From: a bacterium
Lineage (GTDB): Bacteria > UBA8248 > JACPRG01 > G963555815
Assembly: GCA_965218795.1 (NCBI GenBank)
Contig: OZ244653.1
Coordinates: 1,248,001 to 1,312,000, forward strand
DNA: 64,000 nt
Reading direction: 5' to 3'
The stretch's first letter is position 1. Every line of letters begins with the position of its first letter. Below the pieces are notes generated by a model, which saw nothing but the letters and a program-made list of their open reading frames with translations, was not told the DNA's origin and did no database searches. The position numbers and the translations under genes were made by a program. This document shows positions 1 through 9,938 of the stretch, piece by piece.

Positions 1-1
1 A

Positions 2-115
2 GTGACGGCGTCTGGGGTTGTACCAGCCCTCGATGAATTCGAAGAGCGCCATGCGCGCCTCGGCCTGGGTCTGAAAGGCGCGCCGGTTGATGAGTTCGCA
101 CTCCACGGTGAGGTG
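2..115 (+). pseudogene. Possible IS-associated remnant, truncated at the window edge
   Basis: The peptide VVPALDEFEERHARLGLGLKGAPVDEFAL resembles, from memory, short ORFs carried on IS3-like elements; composition becomes AT-richer after ~115. No terminal repeat is visible. Confidence 0.25.
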
Positions 116-215
116 GTCCACATATTTGAATTTCTTCTTCTCGCAAGAGGCATTGATGTGACCACAGAGAATCGAGTACAAAGGAAGTAGGAATCTTTAG
201 TTTCTCGACAGGAAT

Positions 216-1193
216 TTGAATTTCATGAACTCGTCCGACCGCTGCCGAATCCATCCCTTCAACATCCTTCTGGCTCTTGTCTTGTTATTCATCGTCCTGC
301 GATTCGGTCTCCGCGGTTTCTACCCCCTGATGGATAGCCCCAAAGATCGTTTTGCCGAATCGGTGCGCACAACGCGATCATTGGTGGGGAAAGAGTCCCG
401 CCCGATACCGGCCATTGTGGATGATGTTCAGATGGTAGTCAAAAATCTGGATGTCAAAACCTTCAGGAAAATCCGGGTAGGAGACAAGGACACAACGGAT
501 TCTGAAATGGTCATCGAAATTCTCGAAATTCACACTGTGAAGCCCTTTGCCGGAACGGTGGAAGAGGGAGAATCCACCCGCACGGCAGAGCCTCCCACCG
601 CCACCCGAACCGTTCTTCTACGGTTGCGATTTCAAACTTTCCTCTTTTCGGTTCCCAAGATCAGCCCCCTGGAATTCCCCAAATTCAAGAGAGAGCCGCT
701 CATAATAGGTCGCTCTTACACTTTTTCGGGACCGAACTACAAAGTGTCCGGTCCCATTGTTCATGTTGATGACTTTATTTTTGGGGGATACCCTCCGGAA
801 CTTCTTTATCGCATGGAGTTGGCTGTGAAAACGCGGCCTGTGAGTAAGGAGATGATCCAACGGATCCATCCCGGTGACCAAGCCAAAGCCTCCAACGTAG
901 CGATACGGCTCGGCACCTATGCCGTCTTGAAGCAAATTCTACAAATCCTTCCATCGGAGTCCATAAAAAATACCTCCAGAAGCATGGAAACATATCAGTT
1001 GAAGTTGATTTTGGAATGTCTTTGTTTCCAGGAAAAAGACGTGTTTCGATTTGATATCGCTTCCTCCCCCCTGAAAGCTGGCCGGTCATTCATGTTTAAA
1101 ACTGAGAGCTACGAGCTTCCTGTCAAGATCAAAGGCATACGGATCATACAGGAATTGCCGCCTCAACAAGGCCGCAATTCCGGAACAAACTGA
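216..1193 (+). CDS. Membrane-anchored hypothetical protein, possibly DUF4330-like (two repeated beta-rich domains)
   Basis: N-terminal TM helix (FNILLALVLLFIVL); two internally similar halves (IRVGDKD/IHPGDQA; PLIIGRSYTF/PLKAGRSFMF); lower GC than the flanks. Confidence 0.5.
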   Translation: MNFMNSSDRCRIHPFNILLALVLLFIVLRFGLRGFYPLMDSPKDRFAESVRTTRSLVGKESRPIPAIVDDVQMVVKNLDVKTFRKIRVGDKDTTDSEMVIEILEIHTVKPFAGTVEEGESTRTAEPPTATRTVLLRLRFQTFLFSVPKISPLEFPKFKREPLIIGRSYTFSGPNYKVSGPIVHVDDFIFGGYPPELLYRMELAVKTRPVSKEMIQRIHPGDQAKASNVAIRLGTYAVLKQILQILPSESIKNTSRSMETYQLKLILECLCFQEKDVFRFDIASSPLKAGRSFMFKTESYELPVKIKGIRIIQELPPQQGRNSGTN

Positions 1194-1201
1194 AATGCGG
1201 A

Positions 1202-2368
1202 TCAACCCCGCCCAGATGATGGAACTTCCCGTTCCGTATCCATATGCCCCAATTGGCAGCCAATCACTTCGCGGTAGACGGCATCCATGGCTTTGCACAT
1301 CTTGGCGTCTGAAAAGTGTTCCTTTACTCTCTGATAACCCATTTCGCCCATCGCCCGACGCAATTTAGAATCAGAAAGCAAAACGCTCATTTTTTCCGCC
1401 AGCGGACCCGCTTGGCCGACTGGAACCACGAAACCCGTATGCCCATCCACGACAAGCTCCCGAACCCCTCCGGCGTCAGTGGCCACCACGGCCAATCGGC
1501 CGGCCATGGCCTCCATGATGGATCGCGGAAGGCCTTCCCAAACCGAAGAGAGAGCAAACAGGTCGGAGGCTGCCAAAACCAAAGGGATATCTTCCCGCGG
1601 GCCCAGCAAACGCACAAAACCCGACAAGGAGAGTTCCATGATTTCCCTCCGCACGCGTTCTTCCTCGGGTCCCCTCCCGACCAACACAAGCAAAAATTGG
1701 ATGCCTTTGCGTTTCAGCTCTCTACAGGCGCGCAGCAAGAGGGAATGATCCTTGACGGGTCTAAGGTTCCCGACACAGGCAATCACCGGCGGCGAGTCCA
1801 CTTCTAATCCAATCCTGCGTCTCGCCTCCTCGACTGAAGGGGCCGCGTCGAACGGCTCCGTGGAAAGACCCGTCCTCGCCAACCTCAATTTCTCAGGAGA
1901 AAAACCCTCGGCAATCAGATGATCAATGACGGCCTGGGAATTCGAAACGTAACAAGCGGCCATCGAAAAGGTGAGGCGATCGAGCCAAAGACGGGTTTTA
2001 CTGATGGACCGTCCATTGCTCAGCCCGCGTATGACACTGACGATGCCCGACTGTCCCGTCATCCGACCGGCCAGCCGACCCAGAACGTTGACGGTCACAC
2101 CGTACAGCGTGACCACATCGTACCGGCCATGGCGGAGGAGGCGCGCCAGCTTGCTTATCGTCAGGGGGGACCACTCTCGGCGAACATTCAGGTGGGAGAC
2201 GGGGATCCCGGCCTTGCGCCAACGCTCGCTCATCGGACCGGGCCCTCGGAGGACCCCGATTTCGCATTGAAAGGTCTCGGGATCCAGTCCCCGGATCATT
2301 GGAAGGACGGAGGTCTCCATCCCTCCCAGTTCGGCCAATGTCAAAAGATGAAGTACGCGAAAAGCCAT
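1202..2368 (-). CDS. Glycosyltransferase family 4 (GT-B)
   Basis: RVLHLL..LGGME N-terminus, VGNLRPVKDH, and EGLPRSIMEAMA (EX7E) motif. Confidence 0.93.
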   Translation of the reverse strand: MAFRVLHLLTLAELGGMETSVLPMIRGLDPETFQCEIGVLRGPGPMSERWRKAGIPVSHLNVRREWSPLTISKLARLLRHGRYDVVTLYGVTVNVLGRLAGRMTGQSGIVSVIRGLSNGRSISKTRLWLDRLTFSMAACYVSNSQAVIDHLIAEGFSPEKLRLARTGLSTEPFDAAPSVEEARRRIGLEVDSPPVIACVGNLRPVKDHSLLLRACRELKRKGIQFLLVLVGRGPEEERVRREIMELSLSGFVRLLGPREDIPLVLAASDLFALSSVWEGLPRSIMEAMAGRLAVVATDAGGVRELVVDGHTGFVVPVGQAGPLAEKMSVLLSDSKLRRAMGEMGYQRVKEHFSDAKMCKAMDAVYREVIGCQLGHMDTEREVPSSGRG

Positions 2369-2675
2369 ATTCTGTCATTCTGAATTCGGGGATTGAATCA
2401 ATTCGGGACTGACCCGAACAAGAGCGAAGGGATTTTCCGACAATGCCCCTTCCATGACAAGACAATATCGTGGTTGAATGCACCCCGTCGGTGCTGCACG
2501 ATGATTGGATAACGAATGTTTCTTGCGGACTGAACCTGCCCGGGGGGAGCGGAAAAATATCCGCACCCTTCCCAACGGACTGAAGTCTAAGAAAGAAACG
2601 CCAAGTTCTTCGATGGGAACGGAGTTGGCCATATCAATCAAGAATGAGCAACCCACGCATGAATTGAGGAAAGCC

Positions 2676-3413
2676 ATGAAAGGCAGCAGGATTTGGCGTC
2701 TGGGCATAGTGACGGCATTGGTGGCGGTCATTGCGGCCATCTTCATTTTCTTTCCGGTCAATGAATATCTGAAGTTATTTCTCCTTTGGGTCAGGGGGGC
2801 CGGTGTTTGGGGTCCGATCATCCTGGCGGCCGCTTACGTCCCGGCCTGCATCTTCTATGTTCCCGGATGGATTCTTACGATGGGATCCGGATTCGCCTTC
2901 GGCGTCATCGCCGGCAGCTTGACGGTGTCCATCGGTAGCGTGATCGGCGCATCGGCGGCCTTCCTGTTGGGACGCACACTGATGCGCGATTGGATTGAAT
3001 CCAAGGTCATTTCCCTTCCGAGATTCCGTGCCATCGACTGGGCGGTCGAACAGAATGGATTCAAGATCGTCCTTTTAACCCGGCTTTCCCCGATCTTCCC
3101 CTTCAACTTGCTCAATTATGCCTTTGGGATCACAAAGGTACGGTTTCGAGATTACTTCTTCGCCTCCTGGATAGGCATGTTACCGGGAACGGTCATGTAT
3201 GTGTACTTCGGTTCGGCCGCCAAGAGCCTCGCGGATCTGGCCTCCGGCAACATCGCCGGCGGGATGGGACGGCAAATCCTCTTTGCTGTCGGTCTGGCGG
3301 CCACCATCGTTCTCACAGTCCTCATCACCAGACTGGCGCGAAGGGCGATGAAAGAGGCCATCTCCGCAACGGTCGATGCCCCCGATGCCGTCGCGACGGA
3401 ATCAACGAATTGA
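2676..3413 (+). CDS. TVP38/TMEM64 (VTT/DedA-like) membrane protein
   Basis: ATG 2676 preceded by GAGGA; motifs RLSPIFPFNLLNYAFG and GMLPGTVMYVYFG. Confidence 0.92.
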   Translation: MKGSRIWRLGIVTALVAVIAAIFIFFPVNEYLKLFLLWVRGAGVWGPIILAAAYVPACIFYVPGWILTMGSGFAFGVIAGSLTVSIGSVIGASAAFLLGRTLMRDWIESKVISLPRFRAIDWAVEQNGFKIVLLTRLSPIFPFNLLNYAFGITKVRFRDYFFASWIGMLPGTVMYVYFGSAAKSLADLASGNIAGGMGRQILFAVGLAATIVLTVLITRLARRAMKEAISATVDAPDAVATESTN

Positions 3414-3483
3414 CTGCCACTCAGTGAGGATCCCACCGAATGGCACCCCTGGAAACTCGTGCGTCCATTCAAGAAAGCGACTC

Positions 3484-5001
3484 ATGGAATCACCGCTGGT
3501 TTTACCCGACGATGAATACAACCGAACGCTGCTGAACAATGTCCATCCCTCCGATTGGGTGAATCCGGAGCCTTCCGGGCGTTACAACCTGGTCGTCATC
3601 GGCGCGGGAACCGCCGGTCTTATCACGGCGGCGGGGGCTGCGGGGCTGGGGGCCAAGGTGGCCCTCATCGAAAAACACCTGATGGGGGGCGACTGTCTGA
3701 ACGTCGGTTGTGTTCCGTCGAAGGGAATCTTGCGTGCGGCACGGGCACGGGCCGATGTCCGGGAGGCGGAGGTCTATGGAATCCATGTGCCTGACGGAGC
3801 CCGGGTCGATTTTCAGGGTGTGATGGAGCGCATGCGAGAGATCCGGACGCGCATCAGTCTGGCTGACTCAGCGGCGCGATACCGGGATATGGGAGTGGAT
3901 GTCTTTATCGGCGAGGGTCATTTCTCCGGTCCGGACACGGTGGAAGCCGCCGGCCGTCGGCTTCGGTTCAAAAAGGCGGTCATCGCAACCGGAGCCCGTG
4001 CCATAGCGCCGCCAATCGCCGGCCTGGAAGAGACCGGCTATCTGACGAATGAAAATGTCTTCTGGCTCACCGAGCTTCCCCGCCGGATGGCGGTCATTGG
4101 CGCGGGGCCCATTGGATGCGAGCTGTCCCAGGCTTTCGCCCGATTTGGGACAGAGGTCTATCTCGTCGAGAAGATGGGACAAATCCTGAGACGGGAAGAC
4201 CGGGACGCGGCGGACCGCGTGAAGCGTGCGCTTGCCCGCGATGGGATCAATTTCATTGCGAACAGCAATCTTCAGGAAACTCGCCGAGAGGGCGAGGACA
4301 AGGTCCTGCAGTTCGAATGCGGAGGCGCCCTGCGGGAAATCCGAGTGGATGCGATCCTCGTGGGCGCCGGTCGTGCACCCAACGTCCAGGGCCTTCAGCT
4401 CGAGAAGGTGGGCGTGGACTACGACGAACGAAACGGTGTGAAGGTGAACGATCGGCTCCAGACGACCAACCCCCGGATTTACGCCGCCGGAGATATCAGT
4501 TTTCCCTACAAATTCACCCACATGGCCGACGCCATGGCGCGCATTGTCATTCAGAACGCATTATTTTGGGGGCGCGCGAAGACCAGTGCCTTGACCATTC
4601 CCTGGTGCACCTATACGGACCCTGAGATCGCGCATGTGGGCCTTTACGCCCACGAAGCGGAAGAACGTGGAATCCCCATCCAAACGATCACGGTGGAAAT
4701 GAACGATGTGGACCGGGCCCTGCTGGACGGCGAGGAAGACGGGTTTTTGAAAATTCACGTCAAGAGAGGAACCGACAAGATCGTGGGCGCGACGCTCGTT
4801 GCCCGTCACGCGGGCGAGATGGTCTCAGAAATGACGCTGGCCATTACTGCCGGAATCGGTCTCGGCCGGCTTTCAAAAACCATCCACCCCTACCCCACCC
4901 AGGCGGAAGTGTTCAAGAAGGCGGCCGACGCTTACAACAGGACGCGCTTGACCCCGCGGGTGAAATCCCTTTTCAGAAGATGGCTGTCGTGGACCCGGTG
5001 A
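3484..5001 (+). CDS. Pyridine nucleotide-disulfide oxidoreductase (mercuric reductase-like/E3-like)
   Basis: GAGTAG FAD motif, redox CLNVGC, GAGPIG NAD(P) motif, C-terminal HPYPTQAE; no C-terminal Cys-Cys. Confidence 0.88.
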   Translation: MESPLVLPDDEYNRTLLNNVHPSDWVNPEPSGRYNLVVIGAGTAGLITAAGAAGLGAKVALIEKHLMGGDCLNVGCVPSKGILRAARARADVREAEVYGIHVPDGARVDFQGVMERMREIRTRISLADSAARYRDMGVDVFIGEGHFSGPDTVEAAGRRLRFKKAVIATGARAIAPPIAGLEETGYLTNENVFWLTELPRRMAVIGAGPIGCELSQAFARFGTEVYLVEKMGQILRREDRDAADRVKRALARDGINFIANSNLQETRREGEDKVLQFECGGALREIRVDAILVGAGRAPNVQGLQLEKVGVDYDERNGVKVNDRLQTTNPRIYAAGDISFPYKFTHMADAMARIVIQNALFWGRAKTSALTIPWCTYTDPEIAHVGLYAHEAEERGIPIQTITVEMNDVDRALLDGEEDGFLKIHVKRGTDKIVGATLVARHAGEMVSEMTLAITAGIGLGRLSKTIHPYPTQAEVFKKAADAYNRTRLTPRVKSLFRRWLSWTR

Positions 5002-5068
5002 GCCGGATTTGTCAGGAAAGTATCGCAGAATCCGCTACCGGCGAGATTGAGGACGCCGAGCCGTTCGA

Positions 5069-5773
5069 TCAGCCCCCCAGATAGGCGCGCTTTACATCCT
5101 CGTTCTGGAGGAGTTCCTGCGAAGGTCCGGAGAGGGCCACCTGTCCGGTTTCCAAGACGTAGCAGACCTCTGATAACGTTAAGGCCAAGAAGGCGTTCTG
5201 CTCTACGAGGAGGACCGTCGTGCCCGCTGTGTGAATTTCTTGAATAATCTTCCCAATCTGCTCGACAAGGATGGGCGCCAGCCCCAAGGATGGCTCATCG
5301 AACATGACAATCTTGGGCTGCGACATCAACGCACGCCCGATGGCAAGCATCTGCTGTTCCCCGCCCGAAAGCGTCCCCGCCTTCTGCTTCTTCCGTTCCT
5401 CCAGACGGGGAAAGTATTCGTATACCCGTTGAATGTCTTGCTGGATGCCTTTGTTGTCTTTCCGGGAAAAGGCGCCGAGTTCCAGATGCTCCAAAACATC
5501 CATATGGGGCCAGATTTTTCGTTCCTCAGGGCATTGGGCAATCCCGAGTTTGACGATTCGACTCGAGCCCAAGTGATGGATGGGCTCCCCGTCCATCAGG
5601 ATCTCACCGCTTGTGGGATTCATAATTCCGGAAATCGTTCGGAGGGTGGTCGTTTTTCCCGCCCCATTGGCACCGATGATCCCCACGAGCGAAGCATCGG
5701 GGACGGTCAGACTGATGCCCTTGATGGCGTGAATACTTCCGTAATGGGCGTGCACCTCCTTGAGCTCAATCAC
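5069..5773 (-). CDS. livF: Branched-chain amino acid ABC transporter ATP-binding protein (LivF-like)
   Basis: Walker A GANGAGKTT, LSGGEQQM, DEPSLGLAP; GTG start overlaps the end of livG. Confidence 0.92.
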   Translation of the reverse strand: MIELKEVHAHYGSIHAIKGISLTVPDASLVGIIGANGAGKTTTLRTISGIMNPTSGEILMDGEPIHHLGSSRIVKLGIAQCPEERKIWPHMDVLEHLELGAFSRKDNKGIQQDIQRVYEYFPRLEERKKQKAGTLSGGEQQMLAIGRALMSQPKIVMFDEPSLGLAPILVEQIGKIIQEIHTAGTTVLLVEQNAFLALTLSEVCYVLETGQVALSGPSQELLQNEDVKRAYLGG

Positions 5774-6548
5774 GATGGAACCCTTCCCCGAGATAGGCCT
5801 TGATGACTTCGGGGTCGTTCTGGATGGCCTTCGGCTGACCCTCGGCAATCTTTTCGCCATGGTCAAGCACGACGATTCGATCGGAGATGTCCATCACTAC
5901 GCTCATGTTATGCTCGACAAGCAAGATCGTGATGCCCATGTCGCGGATCTTGCGAATCAGCGCCATAGCCGCCGCGGACTCTTCCGCGTTCATGCCTGAA
6001 GCGGGCTCATCGAGGAGAAGCAAGTCCGGTTTCGGGGCCAGACCTACGGCAATCTCCAGAATCCGCTGTTCGCCGTAAGGAAGATTGCGGGCTTCCATTT
6101 GGGCCTTTTCCTCAAGTCCCGTGAACTTCAGGAGACGGTCCGCTTCGCCCTCCAGGTCTTGGTCTTCTTTCTTTTTCCGCCCCGAATTCCAGAGAATGTC
6201 CCACCAACTGACGGCTGAGCTCTTGTGCAACCCCATCATCACGCCTTCTCTTACCGTCACCTTGGGGAAAACCATGGTCTTTTGGAAAGTCCGAATAATC
6301 CCCAATTCCGAGACTGCGTGGGTGGGCAGGCCCACCGTGGACCCGCCTCGATAGCGTATATCCCCCGTCGTGGGTTTGTAAAAGCCCGTCATCATATTGA
6401 AGATGGTGGTTTTTCCGGCTCCGTTCGGCCCGATGATGGACAGAATCTCACCCTCCGTTTGCTGGAAGCTGACGTTATTGACCGCCACCAGACCGCCAAA
6501 CCGGATGGTCAGCTCCTCGACTTCCAGGATGGTCTGATTCTCACTCAT
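5766..6548 (-). CDS. livG: Branched-chain amino acid ABC transporter ATP-binding protein (LivG-like)
   Basis: FGGLVAV, GPNGAGKTT, LPYGEQR, V..AYLG. Confidence 0.92.
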   Translation of the reverse strand: MSENQTILEVEELTIRFGGLVAVNNVSFQQTEGEILSIIGPNGAGKTTIFNMMTGFYKPTTGDIRYRGGSTVGLPTHAVSELGIIRTFQKTMVFPKVTVREGVMMGLHKSSAVSWWDILWNSGRKKKEDQDLEGEADRLLKFTGLEEKAQMEARNLPYGEQRILEIAVGLAPKPDLLLLDEPASGMNAEESAAAMALIRKIRDMGITILLVEHNMSVVMDISDRIVVLDHGEKIAEGQPKAIQNDPEVIKAYLGEGFHRD

Positions 6549-7591
6549 ACGGAATCAGCCTCCGCCGCAGAAGGGGTCCTCCGCCACTTACGCCACTTCC
6601 GACTGACCCAGGGAACAATCCCCTCGGGGATATAGAGAACGCCCAGCAGAAGAATCAACCCGAAAACCATGAGCTGAAGTTCGGCGGGAAGCATTTTGCT
6701 CATGACGAGATGTTCCGGAGCCCAAGAGGCCCCCCAGAAAGGATTCGGCAAGAAACGAAGGGCTTCGGGCAGCGTAGAAAATATGATGGCGCCCACAATG
6801 GGCCCCAGAATCGTCGCCCGTCCGCCGAGAAGAACCATCGTCAACAACTCGACGATGTGGATGAACTCAAACATGTCCGGGCTGATATACCGAATGTAGT
6901 GAGCATAAAGGCTCCCGGAGAGACCCGCGAAAAACGCGCCGCCCACAAAGGCGATCATCGAGTACCGAAAAGCGCTGACCCCCACCGATTCAGCCAGGTT
7001 CTCATTTTCACGGATGGCCACCAGTGCACGACCCACGCGCGAATTCGCCATCCGGTAGCACACATAGACCGTGACGGCGCAAAAGAAGAGAAGCAGGAAA
7101 TAGAAGTTCGTTTTAGAAAAGAAATCAATCGTCCCGATTCCGGGGATCGCAATCGTCGGCGACGGAACACCCGAGAGGCCGTTCTGCCCATCGGTCAAAT
7201 CCACCCAGTTGTAACAGACGAGTTGGACAAGCAGTTGAAAGGCGATGGTGATGATGACGAACCGGTGGCCCCGAACCTTGAGAATCAGGATTCCCAGCAG
7301 ATAGGCGGAGACCGCCGCCAGCAATCCACCGGCGATCAGCCCGAGCCAGAAAGACCATCCCAATTTGATCGTCAACAGGGCCGAGCAATACCCACCCAGC
7401 CCCCAAAATGCCAGATGACCCAGCGACAGGAGGCCCATGTACCCGGTCAGGAGATTCAGACCGGACGTGAGCATGACAAAGAAGCCGGAATAGATGACAA
7501 GATGGAGGACGTACTCATCCGGGGCGATCCAGGGGACCGCCAAGAGAAGCACTGTCCAGAAAACAATCGATATGATTCGGCCCGCGCTCAT
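6545..7591 (-). CDS. livM: Branched-chain amino acid ABC transporter permease (LivM-like)
   Basis: GLNLLTGYMGLLSLGH, GRALVAIRENE, many TM helices. Confidence 0.9.
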   Translation of the reverse strand: MSAGRIISIVFWTVLLLAVPWIAPDEYVLHLVIYSGFFVMLTSGLNLLTGYMGLLSLGHLAFWGLGGYCSALLTIKLGWSFWLGLIAGGLLAAVSAYLLGILILKVRGHRFVIITIAFQLLVQLVCYNWVDLTDGQNGLSGVPSPTIAIPGIGTIDFFSKTNFYFLLLFFCAVTVYVCYRMANSRVGRALVAIRENENLAESVGVSAFRYSMIAFVGGAFFAGLSGSLYAHYIRYISPDMFEFIHIVELLTMVLLGGRATILGPIVGAIIFSTLPEALRFLPNPFWGASWAPEHLVMSKMLPAELQLMVFGLILLLGVLYIPEGIVPWVSRKWRKWRRTPSAAEADSV

Positions 7592-8466
7592 TCTTCGCCG
7601 AAGATCCCCTGCGGTCTGAACAACAGGAAGATAATCACGAACAGAAATCCGAATGCGTCTTTATAGTCTGAAGCAATGAATCCGCCGCCGAGGGCCTCAG
7701 CCACGCCCAGACCCAAACCGGCAACAATGGCGCCGACGAACGTCCCCATCCCTCCGAGAATCACGACGATGAAGGCCTTCAAGGTTGCAAAACCCCCGGA
7801 AACCGGGTCCATGGGTTGGATGGTGGAGAGCATGATTCCCGCAATGGCAGCCATACCCGCTCCCATGGCGAAGGACCACGTATACACCCGATTGATCTCG
7901 ATTCCCACCAGGGCTGCCGACTCCTTATTTTGGAAGGTCGCACGGACGGACTTGCCGAGCTTGGTGTGATGAAGCAGGAGGTGAAATACGACAATACAGA
8001 GTCCGGTCACCACGAGAATGAACAGGCGTATGGGGGGCAGAATGAACGGTCCCCAAATAAACGGATCCAACCCAAAGGGGGTAGGCATCTGCCGGGGCCA
8101 GTGACCCCAGATCGCCTGAATGGAAAAGGCCAGAAAAACCGAGAGGCCGATGGTCGCCATAGTGGCGGTCAGCAAAGGCTCCTCCCGAAGCCTCTTGAAA
8201 ATCAATTTATCCAGTATTACGCCGAAAATGATGGTCGCGATGGTGCCTATGATCAAACCGACAAAGTAGTTGGCGATCACAGACTGGAAGATTGTGAAAA
8301 GCTTTGCCATGGTAAAAGCGAAATACGATCCCAGGACATAGAACTCGCCGTGAGCGAAGTTGGCAATATCCATCAGGCCGAAAATCATGGTTAGCCCGAT
8401 CGCAATCAGGGCATATCCGCAGCCGATGATCAGCCCTTGTACGGTAAGGCGAATAGCCAGTTCCAT
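7588..8466 (-). CDS. livH: Branched-chain amino acid ABC transporter permease (LivH-like)
   Basis: YALIAIGLTMIFG..NFAHGE, RPQGIFG. Confidence 0.92.
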   Translation of the reverse strand: MELAIRLTVQGLIIGCGYALIAIGLTMIFGLMDIANFAHGEFYVLGSYFAFTMAKLFTIFQSVIANYFVGLIIGTIATIIFGVILDKLIFKRLREEPLLTATMATIGLSVFLAFSIQAIWGHWPRQMPTPFGLDPFIWGPFILPPIRLFILVVTGLCIVVFHLLLHHTKLGKSVRATFQNKESAALVGIEINRVYTWSFAMGAGMAAIAGIMLSTIQPMDPVSGGFATLKAFIVVILGGMGTFVGAIVAGLGLGVAEALGGGFIASDYKDAFGFLFVIIFLLFRPQGIFGEE

Positions 8467-8507
8467 TCGCGCCCTCCCTCAAGCACTGGAAACAGGCAAA
8501 ATGATGC

Positions 8508-8541
8508 CCTGTCCGCCCCCTCTTTCCAAGGGGCGGACAGG
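8508..8541 (-). terminator. Strong intergenic hairpin between the substrate-binding gene and livH (mRNA stabiliser or partial terminator)
   Basis: CCTGTCCGCCCC...GGGGCGGACAGG, a 12-bp perfect stem. Confidence 0.6.
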
Positions 8542-8565
8542 AGCACGATAAGATAACCGAGCAGG

Positions 8566-9726
8566 TTACGGTTTGTTAATGCGGACCGCTCGAAGAATCT
8601 CCGGCTTGCCACTGACATTCTTTGTCATGTAGTAGTCAAAACCGTAAGCCTGATGGCTGAACGACGGATTATCGTTAGCAGTGAATTGGAAGTTTCCGAC
8701 CAAGCTGTCGTAATTGGTCTTCTCCAAGGCGTCGCGCAGTGCCGTGCGGTCTGCGCTGCCCGCCCGCTTCAGTGCCTGTGCGATGATGTTGACCACCGTA
8801 TGACCTGCCGCACTGTACTTGGTCGGGTCTTCTTTATGCCGGCCCTTGTACTTCTTCACGAAGGCGCGGTTCCTGGCGCTGTCTATCGTATGGACATACT
8901 CGACAAAGCCAACCACACCGTCGCCAGCTTGGCCCGCACCGCGGAAAAACGGCGCGGTCGTCCAAGCTCCCTCACCCATGATCCGCGCCTTGAGGCCGAC
9001 TTCCCTGGACTGCTTGGAGATGGCGATGCAGTGCGGGGTGTAGCAGGCGGTGATGATGGTGTCTGCCCCGGCGGAACGGGCTTTGGTGAGGTACGTCGAT
9101 AGGTCCTTGTCTTTCCGGTCAAAAATCAGGGTCTCCACCACTTTATTGCCGCTCTTCTTGAGTTGCGCGCCAAACTCACCGGCCACGCCGCGGCCCCAGT
9201 CATCGTTGATCACGACGAATGCCGCACGCTTGACACCCATCTTGACCAATTCGGGCGTGAGGGCCGAGGCGTACATCGCTGAGGTCCCTTGCGCACGGAA
9301 GAACCAGTCGGTGGATTCACGGGTCAACTTCGGCGAAGTGGAAACCCCCGTGATTTGCGGGACTCTGTACTGGGCCGTCACAGGCTTGATGGCGCCGGAA
9401 GAAGAGGAACAGTATCCGCCGAAAACGATCGGAACTTTGTCTCGGACGATGAGCTTTTCAGCCGCGTTCACTCCCTTGGGCGGAACGCACTGCCCATCCT
9501 CGGGCACCAACTCCAACTTTTTCCCCAGCACGCCGCCAGCGGCGTTGATCACCTCAACGGCCATCCGTGCGCCGTTGAGCAGGGTGTTCCCGCCAAAAGA
9601 CACCGGACCGGTCAACGGCTGCACCAAGCCAATCTTGATGGTTTCAGCTGTTGCAACTCCGCCCATGAGCGCCCCGCCCACTATCAGGGCGATGGCGAAT
9701 ACCATGATTCTCCTGAATACCTTCAT
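8566..9726 (-). CDS. ABC transporter substrate-binding protein (LivK/LivJ family)
   Basis: Signal peptide, IKIG..PLTG, AVE.INAAGGVLGKKLEL; ATG 9726 with GGAGG Shine-Dalgarno. Confidence 0.92.
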   Translation of the reverse strand: MKVFRRIMVFAIALIVGGALMGGVATAETIKIGLVQPLTGPVSFGGNTLLNGARMAVEVINAAGGVLGKKLELVPEDGQCVPPKGVNAAEKLIVRDKVPIVFGGYCSSSSGAIKPVTAQYRVPQITGVSTSPKLTRESTDWFFRAQGTSAMYASALTPELVKMGVKRAAFVVINDDWGRGVAGEFGAQLKKSGNKVVETLIFDRKDKDLSTYLTKARSAGADTIITACYTPHCIAISKQSREVGLKARIMGEGAWTTAPFFRGAGQAGDGVVGFVEYVHTIDSARNRAFVKKYKGRHKEDPTKYSAAGHTVVNIIAQALKRAGSADRTALRDALEKTNYDSLVGNFQFTANDNPSFSHQAYGFDYYMTKNVSGKPEILRAVRINKP

Positions 9727-9853
9727 TGACAGCCCTCCTTCTTGATGATTGACGTTCCGCGTAAGGTCTTGGCGGTCCAGGGGGAAACACAAAGCCCGCC
9801 TGTTACCGCCCACTTCCACCATTCATAAAAGTCGGCATTTCAGAATGTTGGAC

Positions 9854-9882
9854 ACTCTAACGGAAGGGCCGCAGCCTGTCAA
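9854..9882 (-). promoter_or_regulatory. Sigma70-like promoter for the liv operon
   Basis: TTGACA-17 nt-TAGAGT on the minus strand. Confidence 0.6.
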
Positions 9883-9938
9883 CCGAAACTCGCCGCTCTC
9901 GTTGAAGAATCGGCACCGGCGATGAAAGGAAGCAAAAC

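Noticed and set aside
3484-5001. Mercury resistance (merA)
   Set aside because: No C-terminal Cys pair, no NmerA domain and no merR/T/P nearby.
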